Shown piece by piece: positions 12,929-25,493 of a stretch of DNA of 64,000 nucleotides. Positions within the stretch are counted from its first letter, which is position 1. Every line of letters starts with the position of its first letter. The DNA lies in assembly GCF_018977255.1 (NCBI RefSeq), contig NW_024704742.1, positions 19,594,001-19,658,000 on the forward strand, written 5' to 3'. A model generated the notes under the pieces. The model worked only from the letters and a program-made list of their open reading frames with translations, did not search any database and was not told where the DNA came from. This stretch comes from Callorhinchus milii. Lineage: Eukaryota. A program made the position numbers and the translations under genes.

Positions 12929-13711
12929 TAACTAAGTTAGGAAATGTAGAGGGAATTGGATATATGTCTGTTAACGAGAAATATAAGAGGGTATAAGAGG
13001 AGAAAATAAGCCAAAATGGGCTCTCTTTTATGCCTATTTCTATAGATCTAGGGAAATTCTCTGGATTGTATCAAATGCTAGTTCAGTCCTTTTCATCAGG
13101 TGTTATTTGATGTGGTGACAGGATTATCCATGATTACCCCATCATTAGTAGAAACAGATGGGTTTGTGGAGGACTTATGTGATTACATTGGGCAGCCTTT
13201 TCCCTCCCTCACTCTCTTTCTTTCTCCAGAAGCTGACACAGTTCTAGACTGGCTAGATCCAGTCAAACCTTTCTAGCTACCAATCACTCCCACATGCTTA
13301 AAACTTTCTCCAAACTGCTTCACTGCAGCAATAGGTTGCAATGAACCCTTGCAACAATGTCAATCAGCCAAAGAATCCTATGTTAGCAGTTACCTTGTCT
13401 GCAGCCATTAGAATTTATAAGGAGTTCCAGCTCAAACTTATACAGATGCTTTCGATGGAAAAGGTTAGTTCATAAGTAAATGAAAGCACTACCCTGAAAA
13501 CAACAACAATAATTTATATAGACTAATACACATAATGGAATGTTTCAAATTACTTGATGAATATAATTGTGGAACCCGAGTGGGGAAGATTAAGATTTAG
13601 TGATGTTGACTAAAGGAGGATGAGGTATGTATTTAGGAGGACATTTAAGTCAGGGGAAGAAATAGTATTGCAAGATGGTTTTGGAAGAGAGTTCCAGAAG
13701 ACAAGGTTAAA

Positions 13712-14130
13712 AGTGTCAGCCTGGCTCCATTGGTAGCACTGTTGTCTTTGAGTCAGAAGGTTGCGAGTCCAAGCCTCACATAAGGACTTTGAACTCACAC
13801 AGCTAGGCTGACTTGCCAATGCAATACTGGGGATGTGCTGCATCATTGGAGGTGTCGTCCTTCGGATGAGTTGTTAAATCTAGAGCCCATCTACCTGTTC
13901 AGGTGGTCAGTAAAGATCCCATGACACTATTTGAAAAGAGAAGGGAGTTTCTCCTCTGGGCCTGACCAACAAACCCCAAAATAAAATTGGCCATTTTTTT
14001 CATCATTGTTTGCGGTGCAAAATTGGTTGCTGAATTCACCTATTAAAAAATTCACCTATAAAATACAGTCGTTACACTTTACAGCAAATCCTGGGAAGTG
14101 TTTTGAGATGTCCTCCTGATATGAAAAGCT
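13712..14130 (+). mobile_element. Older tRNA-headed Deu-domain SINE (SacSINE1-like)
   Basis: gtgtcagcctggctcc..ggtagcact..tgagtcagaaggttg head; gttcaggtgg..taaagatcccatgacactatttgaa body; gtgcaaaattggttgc core. Related copies near 7648, 18478, 26865(-), 34790(-), 42035, 46432, 54590 and 60495. Confidence 0.75.
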
Positions 14131-14600
14131 TCAACTGCAAAAAGAAATCTTAGGTGAGCATATCAGTTTCAACCATGGTTCATTTCCAAAGCAGCCAACA
14201 TTACTGATTGATTCTTTGATCTTAGTTTCAGCGCCTTGGGACGTCCTCCCGACGTGAAAGGCGCTCAATAAATGGAATCTTGTTGTTGTTGTTAATTGTT
14301 GCTGTTTCTGAAAAATAATAAACAAAGAACTTCATTATCCATAGAAACACTGTGTGAGCGGATGACTAACATTGCCTTTTCAGCATCATTTTACCTCTTC
14401 ACTAAAACTAAGCCTACAGTAATTGGACGAACAATATCTTAACACTAACCACTGTATATACAAGGATCTTAGTAAAAGCCTGATTTTCCACTTAGCAAGA
14501 CATGGAGTGATGCTGATCCAAAGAATGAAAGAAAAAAACATTGCAACCGTACAAGTATTTTGGAATGAGTTCTATGAAACTCTATGAACTGTATGAAACC

Positions 14601-16073
14601 CACCACCTGCTCCCTCAACCCCATCCCTACCCCTCCGTACCTCCCAGCTCCACCTCCTTGCCCCTCTACTCACTGACATTGTTAACCTCTCCCTGTCCTC
14701 TGGTACTGTTCCCACCCCTTTCAAAAACGTGTCACTCCTATCCTTAAAAAACCCTCCCTGGACCTTTCTCTGCTCCCTAACTACCACCCAATCTCCAACC
14801 TCCTCTTCCTCTCCAAGGTCCTGGAACGAGTTGTTGCTTCTCAGCAGAAACTGCCCTGGTCAAAGTGACAAATAACATTCTATCCATCTGCGACCAGGAC
14901 TCTGCCTCCTCGTCCTCCTTGACCTCTCTGCTGCTTTCGATACTGTGGACCTCTCAATCCTCTTCCACCGCCTCTCCTCTCACCTCAACCTCCACAGCGC
15001 TGTCCTTGATTGGTTCAGATCGTACCTCTCACATCGACTGCACGTCATCTCCTCAAAACAGCTTCTCTACTAGCCCCCGGACTGTCTCGTGTGCATTCCT
15101 CAGGGCTCTGTCCTTGGTCCCCTTCTCTTCAACATCCACATGCTCCCTTTTGGTGACATCATCTTCAGATATGGCGTCAATTTTCACATGTATGCGGATC
15201 ACACCCAACTGTTCCTCTCTGCCTCCATCCTTGACTCCAGGACCACTGCTGTGCTGACAGAATGTCTGTCAGACATCAAATCCTGGATGAGAGCTAACTT
15301 TCTTCAGTTGAACATCAACAAGACCGAGGCTCTCCTGATTGGCTCCCGTCAGCGCCTCCTCACCTCAGGCGCTGACAGCAAAACCATCCATGGTTACACA
15401 TTTCACCTCAGTAAGCCAGTCCGGAACCTTGGAGTCTTGTTTGACCTTCAACTATCCTTTCTGTCCCACATCAGTGCCATGACCCGCTCTGCCTTCCCCA
15501 CCTCCGCAACGTCGCCCAGCTCCGACACTGTCTCACTCCGCAGGCCGCCGAAACCCTCATACACGCATTCATTATTTCGAGGCTCGACCATGCAAACTCA
15601 TTGCTTGTCGGCCTCCACAACTCTCGCTCCATAGGCTGCAGATCATCCAGAACTCTGCAGCCCGTGTCTCTCCCGCACTAGGCTCCGCGACCCTATCACC
15701 CGCATCCTTGCCCAACTCCACTGGCTTCCCATCACACAGAGGATACAGTTCAAGATCCTGGTCCTCACCTTCAAAACCCTCCAGGTCTTGCTTCCCCCTG
15801 CCTCTCTGACCTCCTAACCCTCTACCATCCTGTTCGCTCCATCCGCTCAGTGAGCTCTGGCTTGCTTTACGTCCCCCGCCCAGCTCGTCCCACTATCGGC
15901 GGGCGGACTCTGCACCCACCCTCTGGAACTCCACCCCACAGACCCTCCATCTCGTCCCCTCCCTCACCACCTTCATGACCCACATTAAGACCGTCCTCTT
16001 CGACCGTGCTTTCGATCACCTTGCCTCCCCCCCGCCCTCCCTGTTCCCCCACCCTACCCCTCAGTTCGGGTCC
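14601..16073 (+). mobile_element. L2 LINE ORF2 (reverse transcriptase) fragment with 3' UTR, frameshifted
   Basis: PQGSVLGPLLFNIHMLPFGDII...FHMYADHTQL...WMRANFLQLNINKTE...VRNLGVLFD; downstream QLHWLP..RIQFKIL motif typical of L2. Confidence 0.93.
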
Positions 16074-18119
16074 ATATCCGTTCGGATACAACATGATTAG
16101 TTTCGACCTTAAAGTAATAATTGACTCACACTCTGTACACTCACACATAGATGCAAGTTGTTGTTGTTGATGTGTAAAAATGCTTCTGTTCAGTATTCTT
16201 GTTAAGGAACATTTTATTCGGACATTTTATTAGAGTGTCTTTTAATTCCATTTTTCCACCTTTTTGTCATATTCCTTAATACTCTTGTTTCTTGAGTTTC
16301 TATCTGATTCCCTTTTAACTTCCCAATTGTTTCTGCATCTAAGGTCTTTTGGGGTGGTGCATTCTACATTCTCATAACTTTGTGTGAAAAAGATATCATC
16401 TGATCTAAATTCTAATTGGTTTAGTTGTAACTTTAAAGGCGTTTATGCCCTCGTGTTTGGTTTCCTATGCCAAAGAGAAGAGTCGGCTCCTATCTTGCTT
16501 GTCAGTTCCCCCATTATATTAAACGTTTCAGTCAGACAGTCAACTCTAAAGACTTTACAGTGCTAATTCAAGGAGCAGAGGGATGGCACAGCCATTCCGG
16601 ATTTCGATGTGCTCTGTACAGTGGAGTAGGAATGTCAGGCTCAGACCCATGAGTGAATGTGTGAGTGGAGTTATACTACTAATAATAATAATAATCCTTA
16701 CATTAGATATAGGACCTTTTACATCAGGAGGACATCTCAAAGCACTTCACAGGATTTACTGTAAAGTGTAGCGTCTATATTTTGTAGGGAGGGGAAGGTC
16801 GAATTCAGCCTTTCTATTAGGTGGAGCTGCTAATTGGACACCACAAAGAGGGAGGCAAAATATGAAGGAGGATGTCATATTGAACCACTCATGGCACACA
16901 TTAGTGATTAGCTCAAGGGCAGAATTGGTAGAAGACCGGGGATTGATCACCAATGCAACCTCTCAATTAAGGGAATCTCGAAGGCTCAAGTCCACTAATA
17001 GATTCCTTGGATTCCCAAGGTTCTTAAGACATCGGATAGGAAATTCATTATGGAAGGGAAGAGTATCTTCTTGCCCCTCCTCATTTGCTTACTGGATTAT
17101 CTTGTTTATTATCAGCTTCATTAAATGAAATTACTTAGAGTAAAAAGGGGGTTAAATTTGCAACATTTCGTGACATGTTCTTTGTCTTAGTTAACCCATG
17201 AATGCCAGTTTGTAACACTGACAATTATGAAACACCACAAACCCCAATGTCAGGAAATCTCGTGCAATTGTTTTCTCCTTCTGTTCGGTTGTAAACTTTA
17301 AAACGCTTGACAACTCTCTTGCAGTGGGTAAAAAGTTCTGGGTTTATTGTGAGTTTTATTTTTCAAAATTTACAAAATCTCAAGGGTGCAGAAAACCCAC
17401 TAGAACAAAAAATCCAAATGTTTGCAAGCACCGCAGTATCCGCTACATGCCATAAGGGAATGATCAGCAAATGATCTGGAACAACCGTACAGGAAAATGT
17501 CTTGAGGCGTTTTGCCCAGGGCAGCATTGAGCACGATTGTCGAAGAGTTACAATCTGGCGTACTGATGGTGGTGATTCACAAACAGATGTGTTATGAGAT
17601 GCTTATATTCCATAGGGGAACAAAGAAGCGTTGAAATCCTGACATTTCTGCGCTGTACAATGAGGTTACTTTGGTCGAGGTTACTTTCTCTTAAAAAGGG
17701 AATTTCTCACAAGAAGCATGCTGGGTCAGTATGGCCCAATTGAATCTAAATTTGAACATTGAGCACATCTTCACAACTGGCAGATCTCATATCCCAAATA
17801 TTAATCTCTAATTAGTCACCACAAAGCATCAAGGAAATTAACTTTTGTACAGATGCTAGGTTAACTTAGTGGCAAGGAAATCACTGCTAAAGGTACCATG
17901 CAAAAGGTCAAAGGCTCAATTTTCTGGTGACGCTCTGGATAAAAGTGTAATTCCACTTGCTCTTACTGTTCTGGTTTTGGTTTTGTTATTTTCTCCATGA
18001 ATGAGGCCAGATGGTGAACTGAATTTTCATCTGGAGTACTTTCCTTACAGATTTTTGCTTCAGCCTTTTTTTTCAGATGGACTACATGTGAGACCAGAAA
18101 TAGATTCCATTTACTTCCA

Positions 18120-18272
18120 TTAGATAATTATTTGGGAAGGATAGGTTTGCAGGGCTATGGGGAGAGAGCGGGGGTGTGGGATTGATTCGGATAGCTCTTT
18201 TCAAAGAGCAGAGACAGACACGATGGGCCGAATGGCCCCCTTCTGTGGTGTATAATTGTATGATTCTATGAT
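18120..18272 (+). mobile_element. CR1 LINE 3' end
   Basis: gatgggccgaatggcc..cttctgt..gattctatgat terminus. Other CR1 ends near 85(-), 24795(-), 31660, 35690, 47787(-) and 52229(-). Confidence 0.75.
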
Positions 18273-19484
18273 ACGTTTACAATTGCACACTGAAATAGCA
18301 TTAAAGGGAATTAAATAAACATTGCCATCATCAGTCTATAAAATCTTTCAGACAAAATACAATATTTTAGAATATAAATGTTCTCCCGAGCAGAGAGTAA
18401 GTCATTACTTAATACCTAGCTATATGGGACATCTTAATATGGAATACCAATGACAAACACAGAAGTGAATGAACTAGTGTGGCAGCACTCTCGCCTCTGA
18501 GTCAAAAGGCGAGACTTGAACTCACACAAGCTAATGCTCCAGTGCAGTGTTGGTGGGGTGGTTGCCATCCTTTTGATGAGACATTAAACTGAGGTACTGT
18601 CTGCCTGTTCAAATGGACATTAAAGATCCCGTGGCACTATTCGAAAAGAGAAAGGAGTTTCTCCTGGTGAACCGACCAACAATTCTCCAAATAAGATTGA
18701 TCACTCACTTCATGGATGTTTGTGGCACATTGTGTACAATTGGGCTGCCAGTTCATCTACAAAATACACAGTCATTCCACTTCACAATCCAGTCCAGCGA
18801 GCCGGAATTTGCAGTTAAGTGTAATTACAATGCTAGTACTGACATTTACCAGCTTTTTCGGCGACGTTTTTTTTCAATGCTGGTACATTTCAGTACTGGC
18901 TTTGCAATTGTTTGAATCCAATGAGCAGAATTTAGTGATTAACCTACCTCCTTCTACTTGTGGGATTTAAACTGAGCCTAAAGTCGATATCCCTGACCAC
19001 TGCAGGCCAGCAAGGACAGTGAGACGCAGGTGTGTGCGCACCAGGATAGTGAGCCAGTGGGAGTCACAGTGCGCACAGGTCACAGAATTTTAAAAAAATT
19101 CAATTTGGGGTCCAGTCCAGCTAGATACAAATCGCAAATACTGGTAAGATGGGGCTTTACTGTATGGCAGATAAGAAATATGAATTCATATACGTGTGAT
19201 ATACTGCAATGTCGTATTACAAGTTGTGAAGCCAACAATGGGGTAATAACAAAGCATAAATATTTATTCACATGTGAGTATCAGCACACATTATAAACTA
19301 AGTCATGCAACAAAGAATTCAAACAAAACAGTATTCCATGAGTGCATGCTAATGTATACAAGTAATACAGAGGTTAAGACATAATCATCATCAATGGGAC
19401 TCAGGTAAGATCAAACTTACTTGGTGACTCAGAATGTTTCTTCCCAGGAAGTGAAATTTTTCCCATTGTAGAAATGGCCTACCA

Positions 19485-19736
19485 ACCTGACCGCTCCCTC
19501 CACTCAGCGGGCTCCAGCCTGCTTCATGTTCCTTACCTTGCCTGCCCTACCATTGGTGAGTGGGTCTTCAGCCACTCTGCTTCCACCCTCTGGAACTGTA
19601 TTCCGCAGTCCTTGCCCCTCGTCCCTCCCTTGCCTCCTTGAAGACCCTCCTCTTCGACCGTGCCTTCGGTCGCCCTCCTTCCCACATGTGCTCTCTGCTA
19701 TACAAATGTAATTTTGATGTTATTGTTGTTGTTGTA
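19485..19736 (+). mobile_element. L2 LINE 3' end
   Basis: aagaccctcctcttcgaccgtgcc...gctatacaaatgtaattttg. Confidence 0.8.
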
Positions 19737-21129
19737 ACTATTCATAAAGTGGAGACTTGATTTTGATTCAGAGGGGATTAGAGATGAATGTAACAAAAAT
19801 GTTGTTATACTTGGTGAAAGGGAACTCAAGCTGCTTTGTGGAAGAACTATAGACTCAGAATTGAAGAGAGCACTTTGTGCAAAGTATAATAGTAACTCTA
19901 GGAATTTCGTAACTCAGTGATCTAGCCTGAGACTCCAGTGTAATACTGAGTGAATGCTCCGTAGTCGGAGGTGATAGATGTTTGATGAATCAAATTTTAA
20001 AAATCAAAGTCCTACCTGTTCTAGTGGTTTAAGTAGAAATAAAAAAAATCGCAAGGGATTATTTTGTAGAAAATCAGGAATGTTCCTGGTGTCCTGGGCA
20101 TTATTTGTCTCTCAATCAAATTTACCAAAAAATAAATTACGGGTGCAGTAATTAGTCATTTATCTTGTTTGTAGATGTTTGTGGGGCAGATAATAATAAC
20201 AATCCTTGCATTTGATGTTGTACCTTAACATATGGTTGAAATATCTGAAAATGTTTTACGGGACTTACTATAAAGTGTATATATATATAGATTTCTAGCT
20301 AACCCAGCAACCAATTTGTACATAGCATTGTCCCACCTACAGTCATGGAAGTGAATAACCAATGTTATCCAATGGATTGTTGACTAGGCTACTTGGAGAA
20401 ACTCTTCTCTTTTTGAATAGAAGCATTTTCAGACACTTCAACCATGTGTTATGGCGCATTAACAAATGCAAGAATTATTTACACCCCTCTTCTTTCTAGT
20501 CCTTATTACAAATGCCTTCTTATTTCATCACTACGCTTGACAGTAATTACTTGGCAAGTGCTTTAATGCATTTTGACATGATAAAAGCCCTATAAAAGTA
20601 CAAGTTCTTCATTTCTTTTATTTAACTTTGCATTGTATCCACGTTCACCTTTAGCAGTCTCTAGGTTTCAAGATTCATAAGATCCATTTATTCAGCACCT
20701 CTAATGAAGTACAAATATTCACATTCACAGCTTTAAATCCTCTCCTATCCCAGTAAAGCTTGCATCCTGCTTTACAATTTCATTACTATGATTGCTATCC
20801 ACAAAAAATCCCCAACATACATCCAATGACTCATTGGATCCTGATAGTTGTGTTACAACTGACTTATAGGACCTTCAGCATATTCTTGCCTTCAATCATC
20901 CATTTTTACCCTTCATGAACAGCAGTACCCCCAACTGCTCTACGCTTACATACTATCCAGAAACCTTCAATATAGCACAGCATCCTGTTTGATTTGATTA
21001 TTGTAACCTCACACTATTTTGACATAGTGAACAATGAGTCAGCTAACACCTATAGATGCATTTCAGCTTCCCTCTTGGCAAGTTGTATCCCTTCAATGCA
21101 GTACCTATTTCCTATTCTTACTTCCTATA

Positions 21130-21410
21130 CATAATACCTTGCATTCACCTGCATTAAAATTAATTTGCAGTTAGTAGCTTATGTGTGTACTCTACCAAAC
21201 TTTCTTTGTAGTACCTTTGCGTCCTCCTCTGATTCCAGTTTCCCCCAATTTGATGGCACCTGCAAACTTAATTATCCTACACTTCGTCTGTGAATCCAGG
21301 TCATTAATATATACAAAGAACAGGAGGAGTGTCAATACAGATTACTGAGGCACCCGCTTAATATCTCGCTCCATTTAGACGTAGCTCCCATAACAATGAC
21401 CTTCTGCTCT
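21130..21410 (-). mobile_element. Degraded CR1-clade reverse transcriptase fragment
   Basis: Minus-strand reading GVPQ*SVL..LLFFVYINDLDS...KFAGAIKLG resembles CR1 GVPQGSVLGPLLF..YINDL...KFADDTKLG. Confidence 0.7.
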
Positions 21411-21544
21411 CAATCAACAGAAACTTTAGGCCAAGGCTGATACTCCAGCGTAGGAGAAAGGATTGCCAGTAGTTCGCCCAGTGTCTGAAGCGTTTCTTTC
21501 AAGAAATGTTTTGGCGAGTGTGAAGTAGCTGCCCCTGGTTACCA

Positions 21545-22408
21545 ACTGCCTGGTGGACATCAAGTCCTGGAAGAGAACTAACTTCCCGAGTTGAACGTCA
21601 ATAAGATCGACGGCTTCCTACTTGCCTCCTATCGGTGCCCCCATACCTCGGGTACTGACAGCATCACCCTCCATGGATGCACTCTACATCTCACGGAGCC
21701 AATACGGAACCTCGGAGTCCTGTTCGACCCTCCACTGTCCTTTATACCCCACATCCATGCCATGACCCGCTCCACCTTTCTCCACCTCCGCAACATCATC
21801 CGGTTCCGCCACTGTCTCAAACCGCAGGTTCTCGAAACCCTTATACACACAATCATAACATCCAGGCTCAAATACACAAACTCCTTGCTTATCGGGCTCC
21901 CCAGCTCCTCCCTCCATATGCTGCAGATCATCCAGAACTCTATAGCCCGTGTCCTCTCCTGCACCAAGCTCCGCAAACCTATCACGTCCATCCTCACCCA
22001 ATTCCACTGGCTTCCCAGCACACAGAGGATAAATTCAAGATTCTAGTCCCCACTTTCAAATCCCTTCATGGCCTTGCTCCCCCTTACCTCTGCGACCTCC
22101 TAACCTGCTACCAACCTGCCCATTCCCTTCACGTTCCTCACCTGGCCCACCCCACCATTGGCAATCAGGCCTATAGCCATTCTGCTCCCACCTTCTGGAA
22201 CTCCATCCCGCAGTCCCTCCGCCTCGTCCCCTCCCTTGTCTCAAGACCCTCCTCTTCGACCGTGCCTTCGGTCACCCTCCTTCCCTCCTTGCCCTCCACC
22301 CTCCCTGATCCCAGCCCCCAGCTTGGGTCCAAAACACTGATTATCCAGCGCCTCGGAACGTCCTCCCGACGTGAAAGACGCTATACAAATGTAATTTTTT
22401 TGTGTTGG
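21545..22408 (+). mobile_element. 5'-truncated L2 LINE
   Basis: [25 protein letters not shown] and QFHWLP motifs, then the 3' UTR and gacgtgaaagacgctatacaaatgtaa tail. Confidence 0.92.
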
Positions 22409-23327
22409 TTTTATCAGTTATTTATCCATCACAGTGACATTTATTGAGGGGGTTCATGTTCATTATTATTATGCAGTCGCTCCCCACTCACGGGGACAAA
22501 TTAATTCCCCATTGTTTTAAAGGAAGCGCAAGCATCAGTAAAAATTTACAGCTTTAACACGCTCCACAGAATGGATTGCATTTGCCTTCAGCAGCACCAA
22601 TGCTATTCTTCTGTGCACTTAAGAAGCATTTAAAGAGCATTGCAGCATTCTCTCTTCACTTCCCCTCCCCCCCTTTGACAGTTCAATTTAGACTGGTACA
22701 ATATACTGCTCTTTCCTTGCGTCTGCGGATATTTTCTATGCATTACTGCACATGTCAAAAAATGTTGACGTGTCTATAATTATAATCACTATATCATCAC
22801 ACTGGGAATTTCACTCCTCTGATATTCTCCACAAGACTACCAACCAACACGTACTTGTTGGGTTTTGAAAAGAGCTTTTATTCCAGATATTTGCCAAACA
22901 TTTTGTCGCCAAACATGTCATTCAATGTCACGATTTGCATCAAAACACATCACTGCATCCTAAAGTGTCATCTCATCCCCTTTCTTGATTGATAATGGAA
23001 TGAGATAAGATGACCATTGGGATAATATGGTAATGGTGTGTTATTGTGCCACAGCTTCTCTGAATAATAGGGGTCTTGGATATCATGTTCGCTAACTATA
23101 GTGAGCATTTCCCTTCACAAATTGATCCAGAGCAACTGCTTTATAAAGTTCCTTGCTCCTCTCCAGTTGAATATAGGTTCACTAGGTCTGCTGTGGACCT
23201 TTGCTAACTAGAAGTGTGGTACACCCTGAAGACACTGCCCAGGTGAAGGGCTCTATATCAATGCAAGTTGTTGCTGTTCTAATGCTGACCAGTCAGCTCT
23301 CTGTGCTAAAAAATAGTCTACTTCCAG

Positions 23328-23418
23328 ATTATCAGGACACTGCTGACGTCATTTCCTGTGCATTACATGTATGAACGCTATGCACAGCGTTGTCAGCAGT
23401 ACTTCTCATGCACAGCAG
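23328..23418 (+). CDS. Candidate extra coding exon (phase 0-1)
   Basis: ctacttccag|...cagcag|gtaagt (consensus donor); IIRTLLTSFPVHYMYERYAQRCQQYFSCTA; joins 24495 or 25344 in frame. Confidence 0.4.
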
Positions 23419-24494
23419 GTAAGTGCAGCCCAGAGAAAGTGAATGTTTTCACGCTCACTTATAACACAGAGGAACCTAGATGACCACATTATAATGGGGT
23501 TGCCCTGCAGTGGACACTGCATGACACATCCAAAAGATAGGGACCCATTAAAGTGTGCGTTCTTTGTGTATGTGGAGGTGGGGAGAATAAAAAAGTCCTC
23601 GCCTTTGTGTTGTCACTACAGGTACAAAGAGCAGATATTCATTCATTGTCACATATAATGATGGCCAGGTAATAGATGGTTGGTTAACATGCCAGGGAAA
23701 GCACAAACAGGTACGTTCTGTCTCTGAAGAAACATACAAACAATGAGACTTTCTGTACTGTTTTGGTTTGTTCTTACCTGTGTGCTTAAAGGAACATGTT
23801 GATCCAACATTCTGCCATTTATAACTTAGCTATTCTCTTTCTTCTTCCTCCTCCCACTAGACAAAAGCAGTAGCTTGACTGACAGATTCTTTGAAGTGCT
23901 TTTGCGCATTCAAATTCCACCACATTTTCCCCCTCTTCCTACATTTACAGCACAGAGAGACTTTAACAGGAGTGATGGTGGGTAATAGCAATGTGGTACC
24001 CACCTGGCTGAGCCACTGGAGTTTCCTTCCTGCTCTTCTCCAATTGTCTCTCCACCGCTCCTGAAGATCTTGATATCCTTATGCAGGATATACTGGATAA
24101 ATATACTGCATATATCCTATACTTAATGTGTGAAATTGCAAATTCACAAGGTCAGTTTGGATGAAGAGGATCCTTAAGCCCATCTGATTTCAAAGTGAAA
24201 GAAATAAAGAGAACCCTGTTAAGCCTTTGCAAGTTTGGCATAACTCATACTTTGCATAAGTCATATAAAATGCATGGTCCCAGCTGATATGACTTATGTG
24301 AGGTTCAATGTACTCGTCTAAAAAAAGCAATAAAAATGCAACTTTAAAAAAAATTGACCTATTTAGTAGAGGTTTATGTGGAACCAAATTACTCTATGTT
24401 ATAATGATTTCTTGTCGTTCCATATTATGCATGCGGTATTGTATCATTAACTTATATTATTTATGATATAATAACTGGATCAATTCTATTTTAG

Positions 24495-24665
24495 GAGTGG
24501 GATCAGAGTCCTGGAGGCTAGCCGATGGTGAAATCAAATTCTGGGAGCTGAATTCGACCTGGGAACAGAATGAGGAACTTAACAAGCAGTTAGAATCCTA
24601 TCTTTCACTGCATTCCCGGGACAAGGCCAACATAGCTGAAAAATTCCTGTTTGTTCAACAAAACC
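24495..24665 (+). CDS. Candidate extra coding exon upstream of the LDLa exon
   Basis: ttctattttag|...aacc|gtaagt; 171 nt, open, phase 1-1, in frame with exon 2; VGSESWRLADGEIKFWELNSTWEQNEELNKQLESYLSLHSRDKANIAEKFLFVQQN. Confidence 0.5.
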
Positions 24666-25343
24666 GTAAGTGGAAACCAAGAGTCAGGAGCAGAGTTGGG
24701 AGGTGAGGCCTTTGCAGATGGGCATGGAAACGTGATGCTTCATTGAGCATCAATAGAGTATCAAAGTAGTTTCAGAAGATAAGGATCGCAAAGGAATAGA
24801 ATACATTCAGAGGTGGAGGCCATTCAGCATGTTGGACCTGTGCTGAATGTCATCCACTAGAGCTAGCTAAACCATTCTCAATTTTGTGTTCTTCCCTCAC
24901 AACTTTTTATATTGTTCCTCTTCAGATACTTGTCCAGCACTGAAGGCCCAAATGTTTTGACACCTCTGCTTTATGAGATTACATCCTAACTACTCACTTT
25001 TCAGACATAAAGACCTGTGTTTCAAACCAATTTTCTAGCCTCTGTGCAACTCCAAACACAGCAGAAACTCAGTGAAGCACTCGTCCAACTTCTTAGAGTT
25101 TATGTGCCTCCATTACGTGGCACCATGGGTTGCTGTTCCAGTTAAATTTTTCATTGCATTATTTCTATTTGATAATCTTACTGTGTTGTACTACAACACA
25201 CAGTCACTCCACTTCACAGTAAATCCTGTGAAATTCTTTGGGAAGTCTACCTGACATGGGAGGCACTACACCAACTGCAAGGATAATTACTGGGAATTTC
25301 TCTGGCAAGTGTTTTTTTTCTTACATGGATTTTCTTCGTACAG

Positions 25344-25493
25344 TTTCTGCATCTGAGCTGAACGAGCAAAAGGTTCAAGTGACCTGTCCTCAGGGATACT
25401 TTCCATGTGGTAGGCACTCCATATGCTTGCCTCAATTTCTCCACTGCAATGGTGTGGACGACTGTGCAAACAATGCTGACGAGGATGACTGCG
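25344..25493 (+). CDS. rxfp1: RXFP1-like exon 2: LDLa module
   Basis: cttcgtacag|...tgcg|gtacga; [49 protein letters not shown], 6-Cys LDLa pattern; phase 1-1, 150 nt. Confidence 0.93.

Noticed and set aside
15089..15634. Functional reverse transcriptase gene
   Set aside because: 5'-truncated, frameshifted L2 copy with the catalytic YADD mutated to YADH.
21677..22447. 256-aa ORF
   Set aside because: Mostly an alternative reading frame of the L2 fragment.
25238..25343. In-frame ORF extension upstream of the LDLa exon as an unspliced start
   Set aside because: It consists of a decayed SINE tail and the polypyrimidine tract, encodes no signal peptide, and a canonical acceptor lies at 25343.
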